Made by a program: the position numbers and the translations under genes
Source of the DNA: a virus
Lineage: Duplodnaviria > Caudoviricetes
IMG/VR virus record: IMGVR_UViG_3300028800_000094
Span: 1,204 to 65,203 of that record
Strand: one strand, 5' to 3'
DNA: 64,000 nucleotides
Part shown: positions 9,792 to 18,313 of the stretch, piece by piece
How positions within the stretch are numbered: the stretch's first letter is position 1
How the letters are laid out: every line of letters starts with the position of its first letter
The notes under the pieces: model-generated
Told to the model about the DNA's origin: nothing
Database searches by the model: none
The model's input: only the letters and a program-made list of their open reading frames with translations

Positions 9792-10010
9792 ATGTCTGAC
9801 GAAAAATTATGGTGTTGCCATGTGCGGGGTCCCGACGATCTTCTGCCAGCGGCAACCGAACTTGATGCCCATCGGATGGCGAATGAGACGAACCAAAAAT
9901 TCGGTGGACCTCAGAGTGATCGGAACATGCCGGTCATTAGCGCCATTGTGATCGAATGGCCTTATGATGCCGCAAGTCACGCCGAAGAGTTAGCAAAAGC
10001 CAAGAAATAA
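9792..10010 (+). CDS. hypothetical protein
   Basis: GGGAGG RBS; LWCCHVRGPDD pattern. Confidence 0.6.
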   Translation: MSDEKLWCCHVRGPDDLLPAATELDAHRMANETNQKFGGPQSDRNMPVISAIVIEWPYDAASHAEELAKAKK

Positions 10011-10024
10011 AGGGAGGGCCAACA

Positions 10025-11245
10025 GTGTCAGACTTCAACGTAGATTCCACGCAGCAGCATCCAATCAAGATGTGGATCAAAGGCGTCCAAGTCGAAGATG
10101 TTGCCATGACCCAACTCCGAAACATCGCGGGTCTGCCGTTCATCTACAAGCATGTAGCGGCTATGCCGGATGTTCACTGGGGCATGGGGGCAACCATCGG
10201 CAGCGTTATCGCCACGAAGGGCGCAATCGTTCCGGCTGCGGTCGGGGTTGATATCGGCTGCGGAATGATGGCCCTAAAAACCACACTCCGCGCTGACCAG
10301 TTACCGGACAATCTGCATCAAACTCGTCTGGATATTGAGGCGGCAGTTCCGCATGGCCGCACCGACAACGGTGGGGCTAATGATCGAGGCGCTTGGCATG
10401 ATCTACCGAATGAAGCGGCAAATCGTTGGGCACCGTTGGCAGATCGTTATGACGCTATAATTGCCAAGCACCCGAAGGCAAAGGCGTACAACTCAGCGCG
10501 ACACATTGGCACGCTCGGAACTGGAAATCACTTCATTGAGATTTGCCTAGATGAATCCAGTGCCGTGTGGGTCATGCTGCATTCGGGCTCTCGCGGTGCT
10601 GGCAATAAAATCGGCCAGTATTTCATCGAGCGCGCTAAGGAAGAAATGTGTCGATACTTCATTGACAAATTCCTGCCAGATATCGATCTCTCATATCTCG
10701 TCGAGCATACCGAACTGTTCGATGATTATGTTGGCGCTGTCTCTTGGGCACAGGATTTTGCCTTAGAGAATCGCAAGGCTGTGATGCACGCCACGCTCAA
10801 CGCGATGCGCCAGACTCTTCCAGAGTTTGGGGTTACCGATATGGCGGTCAACTGTCACCATAATTATATCAGCCGTGAGAATCATTTCGGGGCGAACGTA
10901 ATCGTCACCCGCAAAGGTGCTGTCCGCGCTCGACCGGGTGATCTCGGGATCATTCCTGGAAGCATGGGAACCGGAAGTTTCATCGTGCGCGGGAAAGGAA
11001 ATCCAGAATCGTTTTGTTCATGCTCGCATGGTGCAGGCCGCTCCATGTCTCGTGGCGCAGCCAGGAAGCAGATCAGCCTGCAACAACACGCTGAGGCGAT
11101 GAAGGGTATAGAGGCTCGACTGGATGCGGATGTGATCGACGAAAGTCCCGCCGCGTATAAAGACATCGGCTCCGTCATGGCTGCGCAGGAAAGCCTTGTG
11201 GAAATCGTTCATAGGCTGCGGCAAATCGTCAACGTCAAAGGTTAA
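10025..11245 (+). CDS. rtcB: RtcB RNA ligase (RNA repair)
   Basis: MPDVH.G.G..IG, VGVDIGCGM, GTLGTGNHFIE, HSGSRG, HHNY, SHGAGR and DESPAAYK motifs. Confidence 0.97.
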   Translation: MSDFNVDSTQQHPIKMWIKGVQVEDVAMTQLRNIAGLPFIYKHVAAMPDVHWGMGATIGSVIATKGAIVPAAVGVDIGCGMMALKTTLRADQLPDNLHQTRLDIEAAVPHGRTDNGGANDRGAWHDLPNEAANRWAPLADRYDAIIAKHPKAKAYNSARHIGTLGTGNHFIEICLDESSAVWVMLHSGSRGAGNKIGQYFIERAKEEMCRYFIDKFLPDIDLSYLVEHTELFDDYVGAVSWAQDFALENRKAVMHATLNAMRQTLPEFGVTDMAVNCHHNYISRENHFGANVIVTRKGAVRARPGDLGIIPGSMGTGSFIVRGKGNPESFCSCSHGAGRSMSRGAARKQISLQQHAEAMKGIEARLDADVIDESPAAYKDIGSVMAAQESLVEIVHRLRQIVNVKG

Positions 11246-11290
11246 AAGGGAGGCCTTTTTGTGTTTCAAAACTCCAAAGGAGTACGCTAA

Positions 11291-11572
11291 ATGGAAAAGA
11301 CCGTAGCCGACCGCGTTCGGGAATTGATCGTGGACTATCAGCCCGAAGGCAAGCAGCAGAGCACCAATGAATGCACCCTAATAGGCAACATCGGTTTTGA
11401 CAGCCTCGATATTGTCGAGCTGGTCATGGCCTTCGAAGAGGAATTTCGAATCGAAATCCCCGACGCCGATCTTCCTGACAATCCCGAATTGATCACCGTT
11501 GGATCAATGATTCAGCTTGTCGAAAAGAAGATCGCCACGCGCATGGGTGTCGTAAAGGTGTGCGATCAATGA
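11291..11572 (+). CDS. acpP: acyl carrier protein
   Basis: G.DSLDIVELVMAFEEEF.IEIPD with the phosphopantetheine Ser intact; AAGGAG RBS. Confidence 0.88.
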   Translation: MEKTVADRVRELIVDYQPEGKQQSTNECTLIGNIGFDSLDIVELVMAFEEEFRIEIPDADLPDNPELITVGSMIQLVEKKIATRMGVVKVCDQ

Positions 11573-11985
11573 GCGAGGAAGCCCTTTGGATCCAGGCCCG
11601 AGAAAACCTCGGCCCATTCGGTCGCTTCGTTCGGGTGGAGAACCGCGTCGATGTCGGCTTCCCCGACGTCCTCTACACGCTTGGAGGAACGAAAGGGCCG
11701 CGCACCGGACTGATCGAATTGAAGCACGAAGCCGCCATGGCGAACCCGGTCCTGCTTTCCATCTTAACCCTGGAGCAGGTTCTATGGCACGAGGCATGGA
11801 TAAAGGCAGGGGGGCGGTCTTACTTCCTCTGCCAGTTCGGCCGGGGCTATTACCTATTCGGGGGCTGGGACGCCCGCCGGCTATTTGAGCGGGATATCCC
11901 GGCCGACCACGCCCCCCTGATTTCCCTGGCCTGCGACCCCTTCCGCTTCCCCACAAACGCGATAATTCGGGAGCTGCGCCGGTGA
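11569..11985 (+). CDS. Holliday junction resolvase / VRR-NUC-like PD-(D/E)xK nuclease
   Basis: RVEN....GFPD....IELK...Q..W pattern. Confidence 0.8.
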   Translation: MSEEALWIQARENLGPFGRFVRVENRVDVGFPDVLYTLGGTKGPRTGLIELKHEAAMANPVLLSILTLEQVLWHEAWIKAGGRSYFLCQFGRGYYLFGGWDARRLFERDIPADHAPLISLACDPFRFPTNAIIRELRR

Positions 11986-12329
11986 TTAGCAAAGACCTCA
12001 CGCGACGTACCCCGGCCGAGGATCTCTGGCTGTGGCGCCGCTGGCGGGGCTACACCCAGGCGTTCGCGGCTCAGTGCCTTGCGTGCAGCCGGTCCCGATA
12101 CCAGCGAATGGAATTCGGGCTGTATCCGGCCGACTATGCCCGCACTCGCTTCTTCCCTGCAGAGCCGGGGCTCCTTTGCACGCTAGCGCGGCGTCGGTCG
12201 GGGAAGCCACTGGGCTACTTGGCTCAACGGCTTCGAATCTCGAAGCCGACTCTCATCGCCTGGGAACGTAACGGGCACGAAAAATTAATCGGGTACTGGC
12301 AGTCGAGGGGCTTTACTTTTGCTCACTAA
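11982..12329 (+). CDS. tandem XRE-type helix-turn-helix protein
   Basis: Two HTH-like units: RR.RGYTQ..AA.....RSRYQRME and RRRSG....LAQRLRISKPTLIAWE. Confidence 0.7.
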   Translation: MISKDLTRRTPAEDLWLWRRWRGYTQAFAAQCLACSRSRYQRMEFGLYPADYARTRFFPAEPGLLCTLARRRSGKPLGYLAQRLRISKPTLIAWERNGHEKLIGYWQSRGFTFAH

Positions 12330-12341
12330 CGGGGGTATTAT
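12312..12341 (+). promoter_or_regulatory. sigma70-like early promoter TTTACT-N18-TATTAT
   Basis: Same -35 hexamer as the other three promoters; heads the cassette region. Confidence 0.6.
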
Positions 12342-12395
12342 TCTGATGCGAACGGGAAACCGAATGACCTCGGCCCGAATCCACAGGAGACCAAA

Positions 12396-12659
12396 ATGAC
12401 AACCTTCCCAGTGTTTCCAATCTCCCGCCACGATTACACCCGCGATTGCGGATCAATCGGTCGCGCATCAAATGTGCGCGAAGCCGAAGCACTCCTGACG
12501 CGTTACTTCGCCGGATCGGATGTAGCACCGGATAGCTGGTTCACCGAAGTCGCCGACCGCGATGTACGCGGGCAGAATCAACTCTTTGCATACTGGTGTG
12601 AGCCGATGACGGTCGCCCGGCGTAATTCGGAGAACCAGCTAAAACACTTTAGAGGTTAG
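12396..12659 (+). CDS. hypothetical early protein
   Basis: AGGAG RBS after promoter and hairpin. Confidence 0.65.
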   Translation: MTTFPVFPISRHDYTRDCGSIGRASNVREAEALLTRYFAGSDVAPDSWFTEVADRDVRGQNQLFAYWCEPMTVARRNSENQLKHFRG

Positions 12660-12760
12660 TTTCTAGCACCTTCCTCCGGGCCGCTCGGGTGATGCCGGCG
12701 GCCCTAAAGGCGTGAAGGGGAACCGAAGGACATCGGCCCCGGTAGAGCAGGAGAGCAAAA

Positions 12761-12964
12761 ATGGCTAGAGCAAAAACGGTTGACGCGCTTACAGCCTTCG
12801 TAGCGAAGAAGGCCCAGATCGACGAGCTGCTGCAAAAGATTTCCGCCGCGAGCGCGGACCATTTCGGCGTCGGGCCGAACCAGATTAACTGGGGCCATAC
12901 AGGTTCAATCGAATACGTACTGGGCCGACTCCGCGACGCTGCGGCGCACCTGAATATCAAATAG
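12761..12964 (+). CDS. conserved hypothetical protein of alphaproteobacterial (pro)phages
   Basis: AL.AF.AKKA.ID..L......S.DHFG..P..INWGH.G pattern. Confidence 0.8.
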   Translation: MARAKTVDALTAFVAKKAQIDELLQKISAASADHFGVGPNQINWGHTGSIEYVLGRLRDAAAHLNIK

Positions 12965-13063
12965 GGTAACGGCCCTCCGCAAGCGCGCCAGCGAAAGCTT
13001 GGCGCGCTTACGGGCGTGAAGGGGAGCCGAATGACATCGGTCCTGGTAGAGTAGGAGAGCAAA

Positions 13064-13261
13064 ATGACCGCCGGAGCAGTCTACGTCGCTAATATGACCG
13101 CCACGATTCGCAAGCTTCATAAATGTACCATTCAATATGGGGCGTCGGTTTCTTGCGCGTGCGGCTGGCGTAGCGCAACGTGGTTTGGGAAGGGCGCACG
13201 GGCAAACGCCTATGCGGAATGGAGATCGCATTTGGAAAAATGCCTAATCGGGGGGAGTTGA
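13064..13261 (+). CDS. small putative Zn-binding early protein
   Basis: H...CACGW...H pattern; start-associated motif upstream. Confidence 0.65.
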   Translation: MTAGAVYVANMTATIRKLHKCTIQYGASVSCACGWRSATWFGKGARANAYAEWRSHLEKCLIGGS

Positions 13262-13263
13262 GA

Positions 13264-13506
13264 ATGTACAGGCGTTTTCTTCGGTGGTTGCTTTTCCGCA
13301 ACTGGCGCGCGTCACTTTCGTTTGGCGACAGGTTACGCCTCGATTATTGGGGCGCAACCGGAAACCCCGATCACCACCCTTTTGCTTGGGCCGACAATAT
13401 TCCCAAAAATGAAAAAAAGACCCTCCGCAAGGCCGCCCGGCGAAAGCTTGGCGCGCTTGCGGGCGTGAAAGCCGACCCTATTAAAGGCTTTACTCCTGCT
13501 CGTTGA
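13264..13506 (+). CDS. hypothetical protein
   Basis: GGGGAG RBS; C-terminus reads through repeat copy 3. Confidence 0.45.
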   Translation: MYRRFLRWLLFRNWRASLSFGDRLRLDYWGATGNPDHHPFAWADNIPKNEKKTLRKAARRKLGALAGVKADPIKGFTPAR

Positions 13507-13517
13507 TGGAGCAGTAT
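13489..13517 (+). promoter_or_regulatory. sigma70-like promoter TTTACT-N17-CAGTAT
   Basis: TTTACTCCTGCTC is identical to the promoter at 648. Confidence 0.6.
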
Positions 13518-13558
13518 TTCGACTGAAGGCCGAATGACGTCGGCCATAGGAGATCAAA

Positions 13559-15175
13559 ATGACCAAGCTTTCTTTTGTTCCTTCCATAGCTCAGAATCGA
13601 ATTTTTGACTGGATCGAGTTCGGATCCGGAAACGCGATCGTCAAGGCCCGCGCCGGCTCCGGCAAGTCGACCACGATCGTCCAGGGCGCCCGCTTCATAC
13701 CCGCGAACGAAGACGCCGTCATCCTCGCGTTCAACGCGCCAGTCGCCAAGGAAATGGGTACCAAGATCGAAGCCCTCGGCGAGGAACTCGGTCGCGTACT
13801 TTCGAACATCCGCGCGAGCACCTTCCACAGCCTGGGCTTCGGCGCCGTCTGCAAGAAGCTCGGGCGCCGCATCGAGATTAAACTCGACGGCGCGAAGATG
13901 CACAAGCTCTTCCAGCGTATGGTGGTCGAGGAGGGTGGCCTGTTTCCCGATCCCGATTATTCGGAATACGGTACACTCTGCGTAGAGATGACCAGGGAAT
14001 TCCGCAGCCGGATGCTGGGTATCTACGGCGAGTTTGTCGTAAAGCTCGCGGAGCTGGCAAAGGGGGTGGGTATCGGGGCCATCAGCCCCGATATCGACCA
14101 GCGGTGGATTAAGGTTATCGAGCATCACTGCCTGGAGTTGGAATCCACGGACGGCTCCGAGGAAACCGGAATCGCCCTGGCCCAGAAGCTACTCCTCCGG
14201 TCGAACAAGGAGGCCCTGACCGGCTCCCTCGACTTCCACGACCAGCTATACCTCCCGCTGCTCTGGAACCTCCGCCTCAAGCAGTACGACTGGGTGATCA
14301 TCGACGAGGCCCAAGATACGAACGACGTGCGCCGCGAGCTTGCCCGCCGGGCGCTAAAGACAGGGGGGCGCTTTATAGCGGTCGGCGATCCGAACCAGTC
14401 GATCTACGGCTTTACCGGGGCCTCGACGGACGCCATGGACCTGATCGCAACCGAATTTAACACGGTTGAATTCCCCCTCTCCGTATCCTACCGGTGCAGC
14501 CGGGCCGCTATTAAGTACGCCCAGGAAATCGTCCCCGACATCGAGGCGGCGCCGAACGCCAGGGAAGGGCTGGTGGTCAATATCCCGATGATCGAAGCCC
14601 TCAAGCGCCTTACCTCGACGGACGTCGTAATCTGCCGCAACACCGCCCCCCTGGTTAATCTGGCCTTTAGCCTGATCGCTTCGGGGCGGGGATGTACTAT
14701 CTTAGGCCGCGATATCGGCGCCGGCCTCGTCTCCCTGATTAAAAAGCGTAACGCGCGGGGAATCGAAGACCTCTCGACCAAGCTTGATCAATATCTGAAC
14801 CGCGAAACCCAGAAGCTGAAGGATAAGGGGGAAGATGCTCGGGCGGCCTCCCTGGCCGACCGAGTGAATTGCATCACCACGGTTATTAGCAACCTCCACG
14901 AAAAGGACCGCACGATCCCGGCGCTGCTGCGCTGGCTGGAGAAGATGTTCGACGACAAAACCGGCGTACTCTCGCTCTGCACCGGCCATAAGGCCAAGGG
15001 CAAGGAGTGGGACCGGGTGGCGATCCTCCGCCCCGACCTGATGCCTTCAAAATGGGCCAAGGCCGGCTGGCAGGCCGACCAAGAGGAAAATCTGCAGTAC
15101 GTCGTTCGCACCCGTACCCGCGACGAGCTTTACATCACCGAATCCCCGGAAGTCCGCGAAGGATGCCGGGCATGA
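13559..15175 (+). CDS. UvrD/Rep-like SF1 helicase
   Basis: ARAGSGKS, TFHSLG, IDEAQD, VGDPNQSIYGF, SYRCS, TGHKAKGKEW and YV..TR motifs. Confidence 0.93.
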   Translation: MTKLSFVPSIAQNRIFDWIEFGSGNAIVKARAGSGKSTTIVQGARFIPANEDAVILAFNAPVAKEMGTKIEALGEELGRVLSNIRASTFHSLGFGAVCKKLGRRIEIKLDGAKMHKLFQRMVVEEGGLFPDPDYSEYGTLCVEMTREFRSRMLGIYGEFVVKLAELAKGVGIGAISPDIDQRWIKVIEHHCLELESTDGSEETGIALAQKLLLRSNKEALTGSLDFHDQLYLPLLWNLRLKQYDWVIIDEAQDTNDVRRELARRALKTGGRFIAVGDPNQSIYGFTGASTDAMDLIATEFNTVEFPLSVSYRCSRAAIKYAQEIVPDIEAAPNAREGLVVNIPMIEALKRLTSTDVVICRNTAPLVNLAFSLIASGRGCTILGRDIGAGLVSLIKKRNARGIEDLSTKLDQYLNRETQKLKDKGEDARAASLADRVNCITTVISNLHEKDRTIPALLRWLEKMFDDKTGVLSLCTGHKAKGKEWDRVAILRPDLMPSKWAKAGWQADQEENLQYVVRTRTRDELYITESPEVREGCRA

Positions 15176-15408
15176 GCGACAAAAAGCACGGAATTATTGA
15201 CGCCGACTACGCCGCGCTGGAAAAGCGGCTCCTCGCGGTCTACGAAAGTATGCCCCCAGGCTTCTATGGGGTGAAAGATTTTTGGAAGGTGAAAGCGGCC
15301 GAGCTGTTCGGAATCGAATACGATGCGGTGACCGCCGAGCAGCGCGACGCCGCAAAGAAGCTGGGCTATATGGACGCCTATATGCCGGGCAAAAAGGTGC
15401 AGCCATGA
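15172..15408 (+). CDS. 78 aa protein resembling PolA motif A to O-helix (fingers) segment
   Basis: DADYAALEKRLLA...AAELFG.....VTAEQRDAAK; ATGA-coupled at both ends. Confidence 0.65.
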   Translation: MSDKKHGIIDADYAALEKRLLAVYESMPPGFYGVKDFWKVKAAELFGIEYDAVTAEQRDAAKKLGYMDAYMPGKKVQP

Positions 15409-15728
15409 AATGCTTAAATGGGCCGTGCCGGGCGCCGGTCGCCTGCGGGGGATTCCGGTACTGCCGGCAATGGAACGCGGGGAAAGCTATCGGCCTCTCG
15501 GCCGAAGCTTTCGCCGCAAAAGCCCCCATCGGCACCCCGATCAAATACTACCCGATAGCCGGCGAGGAATTCTTCGTCCATAGCAAGGTGCGATCCGAGC
15601 CGTGGAATCTAGGCCACGGCGCGCTCGTCGTTCTAATCGAGGACCGGACGGGCTGCGTCGACGTAACCCATATCGAAATCATGGAGGCGGTAAATGACGA
15701 CGTGTCAGATTTGCGGGCGCGAGATTAA
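15405..15728 (+). CDS. hypothetical protein
   Basis: Coupled ORF; Cys-rich N-terminus, PIGTP.KYYP pattern. Confidence 0.6.
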   Translation: MKCLNGPCRAPVACGGFRYCRQWNAGKAIGLSAEAFAAKAPIGTPIKYYPIAGEEFFVHSKVRSEPWNLGHGALVVLIEDRTGCVDVTHIEIMEAVNDDVSDLRARD

Positions 15729-16137
15729 GACAGTTCGTGGCCGCATCGCGCGCCACAAATATAAGCGTCCAGAGTACGCATGGAAATCATCTGATTGTGA
15801 AGGCGCTGGTTATCCGCCCTATGAAGAATCGAAAGATCGTCTCGTCGACTACATCGCTATTTGTACTCGTGAAAACGACGACAAGCTTAAACTTGATGCA
15901 TACTTTCGTAGCAATCCACCACCCACGCTAGTTCGAGAAGGTAGCTGGACTCTTTACGCGCCGGAAATACTGAAGCGCCCCAAAAATTTCAATCCGGCAA
16001 CGGAGGAAATGTTTGGGAGGCTCCCCTATTCGAGACTGTTTTTCAGGTATGTTAGAATATCGTATATCCGCGCAAAAAGTGACGCTGCGTTAATTGATAG
16101 GCTACAGCAACACCTAAAAGCGTGGAAAGCGCCATGA
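15694..16137 (+). CDS. hypothetical protein with N-terminal Zn-binding motif
   Basis: GGAGG RBS; TCQICGR...H.Y.RP....C.G. Confidence 0.65.
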   Translation: MTTCQICGREIKTVRGRIARHKYKRPEYAWKSSDCEGAGYPPYEESKDRLVDYIAICTRENDDKLKLDAYFRSNPPPTLVREGSWTLYAPEILKRPKNFNPATEEMFGRLPYSRLFFRYVRISYIRAKSDAALIDRLQQHLKAWKAP

Positions 16138-16255
16138 TCTTCCGGGTTCGGTTTACGGTAGCCGGCGGTCATGTTCACTGTCGACTATTCTCCGCGCGAG
16201 GCGCTAATATGACCTTTTTCAAATGCGGTGATTTTTTGCGTCGCGGGAGAGCAGA

Positions 16256-17509
16256 ATGATCGTCTTCGAGAACCCAGGCGAAATCGATATCGACGCCCTA
16301 ACCACGTTCGGCGTGAGCGTGAAGGGCACCGACCACCCGATCGGCAAATTCGGCACCGGCTTTAAGTACGCGATAGCCGTCCTGCTTCGGGAGGGCTGCG
16401 CAGTCAAGATCGAAAGCGGATCGCGCGTCTATTACTTTGAATTATATAAAAGAGAGATTCGCGGAAAAGATTTTTCGATCGTATACCTGCGTGAGGATAG
16501 CTATCCAAACGACAAATCAGTCTGTTCCCTTGGATTCACTACCGAGCTGGGGAAGAACTGGAAATTGTGGATGGCGTATCGCGAACTATACTGCAACGCC
16601 AAGGACGAAGATGGGTGGGTATATTCTACCGGGCCGGAAGGCCTGCATAATATGCCCGATGGAATGATGGGCACTCGGGTTCTCGTTCACGGCGACGCTT
16701 TTGAAGAAGTCCACAAGCTGCAGCATGAGTTTATCCTGACGGGCGAACCTTTCGCCCGTCTGGAAGGCGCGAACGTCTATCGCCGCGAAGGCAAGTCGGT
16801 ATTCTACCGGGGCATCAAGGTCGGCGAGCACGACGGCGGCAAGATCGGCCAGTTTACATACGACCTGACCGGCGACGTGCGCTTAACCGAGGACCGCACC
16901 CTGGCGCACTCCTGGATGATTCCGGTCTACCTCTCGAAGGCCATTCTCACGGCCGACGATACGAATACCATCGGCGAAATTCTAACCGCGCGCCATGATT
17001 CTTACGAGCACCGCTTCCGCTACGCCGATCACGTCGAGGCCCCCAGCGACGCCTTCCTTGGGGCGGTAAGCAAGCTTGTGGCGGGCAAGGTCGAACAGAT
17101 CAACGACAGCGCCGTAACCGTTATGAAGCGCGAGGCCCGCAAAAAGATCGCCGGCCTCGGCGCCGATATCCTGGTGGACGGGCGAGGCGATTCTAGATTA
17201 ATCCGCGCACTTCGCATCTGCCGCAAAGCGGGCTTTGCGATAGACGCGGAGATTGTCGTCGCGAGCCAGCTCGAAGAAAACGATGGGATAATTGCCGAGG
17301 ACGGCCGCATCTATATCCCAAGCCCGCTGCCGGATATGACCGACGCCGACTACGCCGAGCGGCTCGTCGAGGCCTGGGAGCAAATCGACCACCCGGACTG
17401 GAACGACAAGCAGCGCGCCGATCACTACCTAACCCGCCTAATCCGCCGGGGCGCCGAGGAGATCAAGGATTTCGAAACCAAACTTGCGGGAGGGCCAAAT
17501 GAAAGGTGA
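16256..17509 (+). CDS. GHKL (HATPase_c-like) ATPase domain protein
   Basis: IGKFGTGFKYA lid motif and RELYCNAKDE (E..xN..D) motif. Confidence 0.75.
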   Translation: MIVFENPGEIDIDALTTFGVSVKGTDHPIGKFGTGFKYAIAVLLREGCAVKIESGSRVYYFELYKREIRGKDFSIVYLREDSYPNDKSVCSLGFTTELGKNWKLWMAYRELYCNAKDEDGWVYSTGPEGLHNMPDGMMGTRVLVHGDAFEEVHKLQHEFILTGEPFARLEGANVYRREGKSVFYRGIKVGEHDGGKIGQFTYDLTGDVRLTEDRTLAHSWMIPVYLSKAILTADDTNTIGEILTARHDSYEHRFRYADHVEAPSDAFLGAVSKLVAGKVEQINDSAVTVMKREARKKIAGLGADILVDGRGDSRLIRALRICRKAGFAIDAEIVVASQLEENDGIIAEDGRIYIPSPLPDMTDADYAERLVEAWEQIDHPDWNDKQRADHYLTRLIRRGAEEIKDFETKLAGGPNER

Positions 17510-17645
17510 TCTGCGCTGCGTGGAGGGCCGCCTGATGCGGCACGACCCACAATTCGACGACCCCGAACTTGAAACCGATATCGGGGAGTGCCCCGACTGT
17601 TCAGGGAAGGGATGCGACGACGACCCAAACGACAAATATAACTAG
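17499..17645 (+). CDS. small hypothetical protein (48 aa, CxxCxGxG)
   Basis: Not in track. GGGAGG RBS; MKGDLRC...ECPDCSGKGC. Confidence 0.5.
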   Translation: MKGDLRCVEGRLMRHDPQFDDPELETDIGECPDCSGKGCDDDPNDKYN

Positions 17646-17655
17646 GGAGGCTTCC

Positions 17656-17955
17656 ATGAAAATCTTAAAGACGCTCGTCCTTCTAGCCGGCCTGATTTTC
17701 GCCCTTATGGTTATGATCGCCGGGGCATTCGCCAATCCGACGCAAGATATTCGCGATCAACACGCGGCAACGCCACCGCGTGTTGATCGCGGCGACGGCA
17801 GGATATACCTCTGCGCCACCTATACCCACCAGCGAAATGATGGCATCCCACCGGCCTGCCTTCCATTACCGGCACCAGACGGCTTCTGGGTCTACGCCGG
17901 CCTCTCCGGGGGCGCCGTCGCCCTGGCCTGGAGCTTTACCCGGAGGCGCCAATGA
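17656..17955 (+). CDS. membrane/exported protein
   Basis: GGGAGG RBS; N-terminal hydrophobic signal, C-terminal TM segment plus basic tail. Confidence 0.6.
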   Translation: MKILKTLVLLAGLIFALMVMIAGAFANPTQDIRDQHAATPPRVDRGDGRIYLCATYTHQRNDGIPPACLPLPAPDGFWVYAGLSGGAVALAWSFTRRRQ

Positions 17956-18254
17956 ACCCGCCGCTTGTCGTCAAAGTCGAGTTCGAAACCACCCCCCTGC
18001 GCCCCCTGGCTTGCCGTCCGCCCCAGCGCATCCGCATTAGCGACGCTAATACGGATATGCTGGTGACCTGGGCTCTCTTTCGGGGAGGACAGGGGGTGGG
18101 GTTGGCCGCCGGTCAATGGCTGGAAAAGAACGGCTATAGAACAACCGGCGTCGCCGGGCTATGGGTACGCCGTCAAACCCCAGGCGAATGGCTACGGAGC
18201 CTTACAAAACGCCGCGACACGCGCCCGGAAGGGATCGTCGGGCTCCCGGCGTAG
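17952..18254 (+). CDS. hypothetical protein
   Basis: GGAGG RBS, coupled. Confidence 0.55.
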   Translation: MNPPLVVKVEFETTPLRPLACRPPQRIRISDANTDMLVTWALFRGGQGVGLAAGQWLEKNGYRTTGVAGLWVRRQTPGEWLRSLTKRRDTRPEGIVGLPA

Positions 18255-18313
18255 CCCAAGACGGCAAAAGGCCCTAGAAACCGAAGTTTTCAACCGAGAG
18301 CAGGAGAGCGGAG

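Larger units (their letters stand above)
12353..13545 (+). repeat. family of repeated intergenic stem-loop elements between small early genes
   Basis: CCGA-a(t/g)gacN-TCGG at 12360, 12723, 13027 and 13530; long hairpin plus GGCGTGAA at about 12672, 12973 and 13421. Confidence 0.85.

Noticed and set aside
12343-12380. CTGATG...GAAAC resembling a hammerhead ribozyme core
   Set aside because: The sequence is CTGATGC rather than CUGANGA, and the required stems are absent.
12353-13545. Repeats as a CRISPR array or integron
   Set aside because: Spacers are whole genes of variable length, repeats are degenerate, and no cas or integron integrase gene is present.
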